From an uncultured Planctomycetales bacterium (GTDB lineage: Bacteria > Omnitrophota > Gorgyraeia > Zapsychrales > JBDRMG01), in the NCBI GenBank assembly GCA_964478715.1, contig CAYZIY010000003.1, positions 84,661 through 148,660 of the forward strand: a stretch of 64,000 nucleotides of DNA, in the 5' to 3' direction. Shown here one piece after another: positions 57,513 to 64,000 of the stretch. Both the position numbers and the translations under genes were made by a program. Below the pieces are notes generated by a model, which saw only the letters and a program-made list of their open reading frames with translations, was not told the origin of the DNA and searched no databases. Within the stretch, counting starts at the first letter, position 1. The number at the start of each line of letters is the position of its first letter.

Positions 57513-58455
57513 TAAAACCCAGCGCGACGCCTTTTGGGATAAAATATATGATCTCGCTCAACTCGACAAAGATGTGGTGGTCCTTTCGGCGGATATGGGC
57601 GCTCCGGCACTCGATAAATTCCGCCGGGATTTTTCATCTCAGTTTGTTAATGTGGGAATTGCGGAGCAAAACGGCATTCTGATTTCAGCAGGATTAGCAA
57701 TGACCGGTAAAAAAGTTTTTGCCTATGCGATTGCCCCCTTTATTACGTTGCGATGCCTTGAGCAAATTAGAGTCAAGAATGCCATTATGAAGGTGCCGAT
57801 CAATATCGTCGGCGTTGGCGCCGGTTTTGGCTATGAAGATTCAGGTCCAACACATCATATTGTCGAAGACATCAGTATTCTTAGATCCATGCCGCATATT
57901 GATATTTACAGTGTTTCTGACAGCGTGATGGCAGGGGCTCTGCCTGAGTTATGCTGTCAATCAAAAAGAACGAATTACATTCGTCTTGATCGGCTTGTAT
58001 TGCCCAATCTTTACGATGAACAGGCAGACTTCACCGAAGGTCTTTCTGTGATCAAAGAAGGAGAGAGCTACATTGTGGCTACAGGAAGCATGACTCATGT
58101 TGCATGCGAAGTGGCTGATCAGCTTTCGAAAAAGGGAACCGATTTTGGCGTGGTCGATGTTTATCGCCTGCCGATTAACATCGAGAAACTCACAGGAACA
58201 CTTAAAAACGCAAAGTATGTCATTACGCTCGAAGAGCATTATTTGCCTGGAGGTTTTGGAAGTGCTGTCTGTGAAGTTTTTATTGATCAGGGATTACAAA
58301 TACCTGTCAAGCGAATCGGCCTTTCTCATGAGAAAGGCTATTGCTACAAATACGGTGGAAGAGAGATTATTCGCAAATATTATGGTATTGATGCTAAGAG
58401 CGTTTTGAACGAAATCAAAGCATTCATTACCAAAGAGCAAAATGTGAAAGTTTAA
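57505..58455 (+). CDS. Transketolase-like C-terminal (pyrimidine-binding) subunit
   Basis: SADMG, NVGIAEQN, R..EQIR, GPTHH..ED, LEEH..GGFGS. Confidence 0.93.
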   Translation: MNNKTQRDAFWDKIYDLAQLDKDVVVLSADMGAPALDKFRRDFSSQFVNVGIAEQNGILISAGLAMTGKKVFAYAIAPFITLRCLEQIRVKNAIMKVPINIVGVGAGFGYEDSGPTHHIVEDISILRSMPHIDIYSVSDSVMAGALPELCCQSKRTNYIRLDRLVLPNLYDEQADFTEGLSVIKEGESYIVATGSMTHVACEVADQLSKKGTDFGVVDVYRLPINIEKLTGTLKNAKYVITLEEHYLPGGFGSAVCEVFIDQGLQIPVKRIGLSHEKGYCYKYGGREIIRKYYGIDAKSVLNEIKAFITKEQNVKV

Positions 58456-58464
58456 ATTTGTGAT

Positions 58465-59949
58465 ATGCCCTCCATCGATGTTGTTTTAGTCAATCCCAGC
58501 AATAAAAAACAGGTCTATGGGAAGCTTTCTGAGAAGCTTGCCGGGATTGAGCCTCCTTTGTGGACCGGTCTTTTAGCCGCATTCCTCAGAGAGCAGGGCT
58601 TCGAAGTTAGAATCATCGATGCGGATGCCGAAGGATGGGGCCCACAAGAAACTGTCACAAAAATTCTGGAATACAAACCCGTTCTCCTAGGGCTTGGAGC
58701 TATTGGCTCAAATCCTTCCGCTGCTTCAACCCCAAAGATGGCAGCCATTCGAAGCGTCCTAACACTCCTGAAAGATCAAGACACATCCTTTAAAACCATT
58801 CTCTATGGAATACATCCTTCAGCGTTGCCTGAGCAAACGCTTCAGGATGAATTAGCTGATTTTGTTTGCCGAGGAGAAAGTTTCTTTCCGTTTACGGAAC
58901 TTCTTCATCTCCTTAAGTCAAAAGGTGAACAGAAGGAATATTCGATTAAGGGTCTTTGGTATCGTAAGGACGGACAGATCGTTGGAAACGGATGGGCAGA
59001 TCTTTTTGAAAATCTTGATGAGCTTCCGTTTGTGGCATGGGATTTATTGCCCATGGATAAATACCGTGCCCATAATTGGCATTGTTTCGGACACATTAAT
59101 CGTCGTTCACCTTATGCCATTATTTATACGAGTCTTGGGTGTCCTTATGATTGTACCTATTGCAATATTCACGCGCTTTATAATGGCAAACCAAAGATCC
59201 GCTATCGGAGTCCCCAAAGAGTTCTCGAAGAAATAGATTACCTTGTGAAAAACTACAATGTCAAGATATTCAAATTTCTTGACGAGCTATTTGTCATCAA
59301 AGGTCGCCGTTGCGAAGAAATTTGCGATATGCTGGCTGAGCGTAATTATGATCTTAACATCTGGGCCTATGCGCGTGTGGATACAGTGAATGAAACGATC
59401 TTAAAGAAACTAAAGAAGGCCGGTGTGCATTGGCTTTGTTATGGGTTTGAAGCAGGAAGCAAAAAGGTTCGCGACGGAGTTTCCAAAGGTCGTTTTGATC
59501 AGGAGGCCATCCGAAGAGCTGTGAAAATGACCTATGATGCGGGCATCCATATCATCGGCAACTTTATGTTCGGTCTTCCCGACGATGACAGGGAAACCAT
59601 GCAGGAAACACTCGACCTTGCCAAAGAACTGAATTGTGAATATGTGAATTTCTATTCGACCATGGCCTATCCGGGTTCTAGACTTTATGAAGAAGCCGTT
59701 GCGCAGGGATTACCTTTGCCGGATAATTGGGTAGGTTTTTCCCAATTCAGTTTTGATACAAAACCACTACCGACGAAACACATATCGGGGGCGGAGGTTT
59801 TAGCTTTTCGTGACAAAGCTTTCAATGAGTATTATTCCAATTCGAAGTATTTGAAAATGATTGAAGAGAAATTTGGTCAAGAAACCGTTGATCACATCAG
59901 GAAGATGCTGCAGTATACAATGAAGCGGAAAATCATTCCCTCCTGTTAA
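58465..59949 (+). CDS. Cobalamin-dependent radical SAM enzyme
   Basis: N-terminal B12-binding domain (EPPLW...GIHPS), CPYDCTYC, GFEAG, YPGSRLY. Confidence 0.92.
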   Translation: MPSIDVVLVNPSNKKQVYGKLSEKLAGIEPPLWTGLLAAFLREQGFEVRIIDADAEGWGPQETVTKILEYKPVLLGLGAIGSNPSAASTPKMAAIRSVLTLLKDQDTSFKTILYGIHPSALPEQTLQDELADFVCRGESFFPFTELLHLLKSKGEQKEYSIKGLWYRKDGQIVGNGWADLFENLDELPFVAWDLLPMDKYRAHNWHCFGHINRRSPYAIIYTSLGCPYDCTYCNIHALYNGKPKIRYRSPQRVLEEIDYLVKNYNVKIFKFLDELFVIKGRRCEEICDMLAERNYDLNIWAYARVDTVNETILKKLKKAGVHWLCYGFEAGSKKVRDGVSKGRFDQEAIRRAVKMTYDAGIHIIGNFMFGLPDDDRETMQETLDLAKELNCEYVNFYSTMAYPGSRLYEEAVAQGLPLPDNWVGFSQFSFDTKPLPTKHISGAEVLAFRDKAFNEYYSNSKYLKMIEEKFGQETVDHIRKMLQYTMKRKIIPSC

Positions 59950-60008
59950 TTTCCAATCTTTTTTAAGTTACAATTGAGATATTTGACTTAATTCTTGATA
60001 GTAGGGAT

Positions 60009-60031
60009 GACAATTGTTGCAACATATTGTC
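60009..60031. promoter_or_regulatory. Palindromic putative operator
   Basis: GACAAT-TGTTGCAACA-T-ATTGTC, near-perfect 23-bp dyad. Confidence 0.5.
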
Positions 60032-60079
60032 TTATAATAAATTAAAATAACTGAAATTTTTTAAGCGTTAAGAAGATAC

Positions 60080-60125
60080 TTGACAGTAAAGTAACTTTTT
60101 TATAGTATTGTTCAATCATTGAACA
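60080..60125 (+). promoter_or_regulatory. Promoter with overlapping operator upstream of the MarR-type regulator
   Basis: TTGACA-17 nt-TAGTAT immediately followed by TGTTCAA-TCA-TTGAACA inverted repeat. Confidence 0.75.
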
Positions 60126-60134
60126 TTATTCATA

Positions 60135-60677
60135 ATGGAAGATACTTTAAACGAAAGAGAATTTGAGCTTGTCAATATCGTTGGAGCCGAATTAGGGTCC
60201 AATCAAAGAGATTTATCCCACCACATGAAGCTGTCTTTGGGAGCAACCAATATGCTCTTAAAGCGTCTTATCTCTAAGGGTTATATTAGAATTCGCCAAC
60301 TTAATAAAAGAAAAGTCGAGTATATCCTTACTCCCCAGGGCTTTGCCGAGAAAATGCAAAAATCCGTTAAGTATACGTTAAAAACCATGCGTTCAATCAG
60401 TCTGATTAAAGAGCAGGTCAAAGACGTTATAACGCGGCTTTATGGCCAAGGCGAGCGGTCATTTATCGTTTTGGGCAAGTCTGATTTTTCATTAATTATC
60501 GATTTGGTATTTCACGAAATGAACGTGAACGATTATACCTTGACGCACGTTGAAGAGATCCCTTCAAACGGCCTTAAAGGGACCCTTTTGATTTGCAAAG
60601 AAAATATCGAGCTTAACGGCTTTCAGGGGCCGGTCATCGATCTCATTCAAGAAATAGCCAAAAAAGTGACGACATAA
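60135..60677 (+). CDS. MarR-type winged-helix regulator (EPS-associated family)
   Basis: NQRDLS..LSLG..N..LKRL..KG, YILTPQGF.EK; C-terminal Rossmann-like segment. Confidence 0.88.
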   Translation: MEDTLNEREFELVNIVGAELGSNQRDLSHHMKLSLGATNMLLKRLISKGYIRIRQLNKRKVEYILTPQGFAEKMQKSVKYTLKTMRSISLIKEQVKDVITRLYGQGERSFIVLGKSDFSLIIDLVFHEMNVNDYTLTHVEEIPSNGLKGTLLICKENIELNGFQGPVIDLIQEIAKKVTT

Positions 60678-60696
60678 ATATCAGAAAGGATATGGC

Positions 60697-61728
60697 ATGT
60701 TAAACGGAAAATCAATACTGATCACGGGCGGAACAGGTTCGTTCGGAAAGAAAATGATTCAGATTATTTTGTCGGAATACAGGCCCAAACGACTGGTGAT
60801 TTTCAGCCGGGATGAACTGAAGCAATTTGAAATGTCCCAGCGATGGACTGTTGATAAATATCCGTGTTTACGCTACATGATCGGCGATGTCCGTGACAAA
60901 GACCGTCTCAGGATGGCTTTCAACGGGGTTGATTATGTGATTCATGCAGCGGCTCTAAAACAGGTCCCCAAAGGCGAATACGATCCGGAAGAATTCATCA
61001 AAACTAATGTTTTGGGGGCTATGAATATTATCGATGCGGCCCTGGAGGCTGGAGTCAAAAAGGTTATTGCGCTGTCGACTGATAAAGCCTGTAATCCTAT
61101 AAATTTGTACGGAGCCACCAAACTCTGTGCGGACAAATTATTCACGGCTGCGAATGTCTATGCCGGAAGACAGGCAACATGTTTTGCCGTGGTCCGTTAT
61201 GGTAATGTTTTGGGTTCGCGCGGCTCTGTGGTTCCTTTTTTTAAAGAACGCATCAAAACTGGTGTATTGCCGATTACCGATATGCGGATGACCCGCTTCT
61301 GGATTACTTTAGGTCAAGCTGTACATTTTGTGTTAGAGTCTTTATCTAGAGCGAAAGGCGGTGAGATTTTTGTTCCTAAAATCCCTTCGATGAAAATCTT
61401 GGATTTGGCCAAAGCTATAGGACCGCAGTGCGAAATTCAAACGATCGGCGTCAGACTGGGGGAGAAGATTCATGAAACGCTAATCAGTGAAGACGAGGCC
61501 CGTAATACTTTGGGATTTAATGAATGTTTTGTGGTGCAATCCAACCAGGCAAGACAGAAAGAGTTGAGAAAGAACAGAGAGTGCCTGTGTCCGGAAGGTT
61601 TCAGGTATTCTTCTGATACCAACGACCAATGGTTAACTACCGACGATTTAAAGAAATTGGTGGAAGAAATTGCCGATGACTATACGATTGAACGCTCACG
61701 CTGGGTAATGGATGACATTCCGCAATGA
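60697..61728 (+). CDS. pseB: UDP-N-acetylglucosamine 4,6-dehydratase (inverting)
   Basis: TGGTGSFG, SRDELKQ, AALKQVP, STDKA, YGATK, RYGNV.GSRGSV, MTRFWI. Confidence 0.93.
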   Translation: MLNGKSILITGGTGSFGKKMIQIILSEYRPKRLVIFSRDELKQFEMSQRWTVDKYPCLRYMIGDVRDKDRLRMAFNGVDYVIHAAALKQVPKGEYDPEEFIKTNVLGAMNIIDAALEAGVKKVIALSTDKACNPINLYGATKLCADKLFTAANVYAGRQATCFAVVRYGNVLGSRGSVVPFFKERIKTGVLPITDMRMTRFWITLGQAVHFVLESLSRAKGGEIFVPKIPSMKILDLAKAIGPQCEIQTIGVRLGEKIHETLISEDEARNTLGFNECFVVQSNQARQKELRKNRECLCPEGFRYSSDTNDQWLTTDDLKKLVEEIADDYTIERSRWVMDDIPQ

Positions 61729-61775
61729 AATTCCGGGTTAACTTAAAAGACAATGAAAAATAGGAATGTTTTAAA

Positions 61776-62999
61776 ATGAGCACCGAAAAGCAACATTATT
61801 ATCCGAGATTAAAGAATATCCCTTATGGCCGACAGTGTATTGACGATGAGGATATCCAATCGGTTCTCCAGGTTTTGAGATCTCCTTTTTTGACTCAGGG
61901 GCCAAAAGTTGGGGAATTTGAAGAGAAATTAAGCGCTTTGACAAAAGCTCATTTTGCCGTCGTCGTCAATTCAGGGACATCCGCATTGCATTTGGCGTGC
62001 TTAGCCGCTGATATTAAAAAAGGGGATGAGGTTATAATACCGACCAATACTTTTTTGGCCTCGGCCAATTGTGTTGTTTATTGTTCGGGAACGCCTGTTT
62101 TTGCGGATATTGATTTGAAAACTTATAATATTTCTATTTCAGACTTAGAAAAGAAAATCAACGAAAGAACGAAAGCCGTTATTCCCGTGCACTTTGCGGG
62201 TCAAAGTTGTGATATGCAAAAGATAAAGGGCGTGGTTGAAGCTGCCGAGAAAAAATTCGGCCACACAATCACCATTATCGAAGATGCTACGCATGCTTTG
62301 GGTTCCCAATATAAGGATTCGCCAGTGGGTTCTTGCACCTATAGTGATATGACAGTTTTTAGTTTTCATCCCGTCAAACATATTTCTACCGGTGAAGGGG
62401 GAGCCGTGGTAACCAATAACGAGGCGTTGCAAAAAAATGTGCGCTGTATGCGCTCACACGGCATGAGCCACGATAAGAATCAATGGGTTTATCAGGAACA
62501 AGGATTGGAAAACGGACAAATGAAACCCTGGTATTATGAACAAAATGATTTAGGTTTCAACTATCGCTTAACTGATATCCAATGTGCTCTAGGGATCTCA
62601 CAGCTTAAAAAATTAGATAAGTTTCACAAAAAAAGACGTCAGATCTTCGATATATACAATGAATGCTTTAAAGAAATTGACCTGATGCAGATTCCTTTCG
62701 AATCGCCGGATAATTCCAGCAATTTTCATCTTTATGTTTCATTGTTTGATTTTGACAAAATGAATATCTCACGCTGCGAGTTGATGCAGAAGCTTAAGGA
62801 AAAAGGGATTCAAACCCAGGTACACTATATTCCTGTCCATACTCAACCGTTTTACAGAAAGAATTTTCATACTAACTGGGGAGATTGTCCGAATGCCGAG
62901 CATTATTATCGGCGTTGTTTGTCTCTACCCTTACATCCGGCAATGGCCGATAAGGATGCGAACAGAGTCGTTGGGGAAATTAAACAATTTATCCAATGA
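61776..62999 (+). CDS. pseC: UDP-4-amino-4,6-dideoxy-N-acetyl-beta-L-altrosamine transaminase
   Basis: IPYGRQ, LTQGP, SFHPVK (Lys retained), LGFNYRLTD, QVHYIP. Confidence 0.92.
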   Translation: MSTEKQHYYPRLKNIPYGRQCIDDEDIQSVLQVLRSPFLTQGPKVGEFEEKLSALTKAHFAVVVNSGTSALHLACLAADIKKGDEVIIPTNTFLASANCVVYCSGTPVFADIDLKTYNISISDLEKKINERTKAVIPVHFAGQSCDMQKIKGVVEAAEKKFGHTITIIEDATHALGSQYKDSPVGSCTYSDMTVFSFHPVKHISTGEGGAVVTNNEALQKNVRCMRSHGMSHDKNQWVYQEQGLENGQMKPWYYEQNDLGFNYRLTDIQCALGISQLKKLDKFHKKRRQIFDIYNECFKEIDLMQIPFESPDNSSNFHLYVSLFDFDKMNISRCELMQKLKEKGIQTQVHYIPVHTQPFYRKNFHTNWGDCPNAEHYYRRCLSLPLHPAMADKDANRVVGEIKQFIQ

Positions 63000-64000
63000 A
63001 CATAAACGTTAAAAAAAGTTTAGATATGCAAGAAAAAGCCAAGGCAAGGATTCCAGGGTTGGGCCAGTTGCTTTCCAAACGTCCGGACATGTTCGCCTTT
63101 GGTGTTTGGCCGGGATATTATGCAAAAGCCAAGGGGGTGCAGGTCTGGGATCTGGACGGTAACCGATATATTGATATGAGTATCGCGGGTATCGGAGCCA
63201 ATATTTTAGGATATGCGGATGATGATGTTGATGAGAGCGTAAAATCAGCCATAGACAAGGGCTCAAGCAGTTCGCTCAATTGTCCCGAAGAGGTGGAATT
63301 GGCCGATCTTCTCTGCGAGCTGCATCCCTGGGCACAAAAAGTGCGTTATGCCCGCGGCGGTGGTGAGGCTATGACGATTGCCGTACGTATTGCCCGCACT
63401 TTTACCGGTAAGGAAAAAATCGCTTTTTGCGGTTATCACGGCTGGCATGACTGGTATTTGGCGGCCAACTTAGGGTTGGAAAACGCTTTGGGAGAGTACC
63501 TCATTGACGGTTTGAGTCCTAAAGGCGTTCCTCGGGGTTTAAGTGGCACGGCTTTACCTTTTCGCTATAACCATATTGAAGATTTAGAAAATATTGTCAA
63601 TAAACATCGTGATAACCTGGCGGCTATTGTTATGGAACCCATTAGAAGCCAAGAACCTCACGAAGGATTTCTGCAGGCTGTCAAGCAATTGGCAGAAAAA
63701 TCGCAAGCCGTTTTTATTTTTGACGAAGTCTCCTCGGGGTTTCGCCTAAATACGGGGGGAGCCCATATTTTATTAAACGCGACTCCCGACATGGCTGTTT
63801 TTTCGAAAGGTATGGGCAACGGTTATCCCATCGCCGCTATCATCGGTAAGGATAAAGTTATGGAAGCTGCCCAGGATACGTTTATCAGCTCTACAATGTG
63901 GACCGAAAGAATCGGCCCAACGGCAGCTTTGGCAACCATCAAAAAACACAAAAAAATAGAGGCCGGCAAGCATCTCGTAAAAATCGGTGAGCAGGTACAA
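62996..64000 (+). CDS. Class III aminotransferase (GSA-aminomutase-like), 3' truncated; absent from the ORF track
   Basis: Hand translation MNINVKKSLDMQEKAKARIPG..SKRP..WDLDGNRYID..GYHGWHDW..MEP..FDEVSSGFR..FSKGMGNG; ATG overlaps the pseC stop. Confidence 0.9.
   Translation, partial: MNINVKKSLDMQEKAKARIPGLGQLLSKRPDMFAFGVWPGYYAKAKGVQVWDLDGNRYIDMSIAGIGANILGYADDDVDESVKSAIDKGSSSSLNCPEEVELADLLCELHPWAQKVRYARGGGEAMTIAVRIARTFTGKEKIAFCGYHGWHDWYLAANLGLENALGEYLIDGLSPKGVPRGLSGTALPFRYNHIEDLENIVNKHRDNLAAIVMEPIRSQEPHEGFLQAVKQLAEKSQAVFIFDEVSSGFRLNTGGAHILLNATPDMAVFSKGMGNGYPIAAIIGKDKVMEAAQDTFISSTMWTERIGPTAALATIKKHKKIEAGKHLVKIGEQVQ

Noticed and set aside
1-64000. CRISPR array, tRNA/rRNA genes, IS or prophage
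   Set aside because: Intergenic gaps are short (under about 200 bp), with no spaced direct repeats or cloverleaf patterns seen by eye, and no transposase, integrase or phage ORFs. tRNAscan/Infernal were not run.

Overview
A 64 kb gene-dense bacterial chromosome segment. Almost all genes lie on the + strand; only fbaB, one small membrane ORF and metF are on the - strand. Gene content (LptD, LPS-core-type GT9, pilin-like proteins, an orphan MalK-GGDEF-GGDEF-ROK block) indicates a diderm organism. My impression is a PVC-group lineage such as Candidatus Omnitrophota; this is an inference and was not verified. From left to right: (1) a long co-oriented run with dnaK (partial)-dnaJ-FmdB-VanZ-DUF1015-accD-malK-like ATPase, two GAF-GGDEF cyclases, ROK kinase, lptD, ugd, rmlCABD, UDP-HexNAc dehydrogenase, UDP-GlcA decarboxylase, small pilin-like/lipoprotein genes, U32, a CDF transporter and purU; (2) secreted/CsgG-like genes, glycolytic genes, ilvD, csp, and an MFS plus acyl-ligase-ACP-acyltransferase pair; (3) a large surface-glycan region (34.7-50.3 kb and 55.3-64 kb) interrupted by priA-fmt-gap-metF. 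The most notable system is an apparent GDP-heptose tailoring pathway. It couples HddA/HddC/GmhB and a Cj1427-like C4-dehydrogenase with an Fcl homologue that has lost its reductase motifs but kept the epimerase residues, a His-type Fe-S 3-dehydrase, and an orphan ThDP E1alpha/beta pair. A second module has a split transketolase, a B12 radical SAM enzyme and an atypical GT2. Together these suggest an uncharacterised C-branched higher-carbon sugar. Other points of interest are a helicase-dead PriA, a frameshifted pilin-like gene, an MntA-HepT toxin-antitoxin pair embedded in a glycan operon, and palindromic operators before the MarR-pseB-pseC operon. I recognised no rRNA, tRNA, CRISPR array or transposase.
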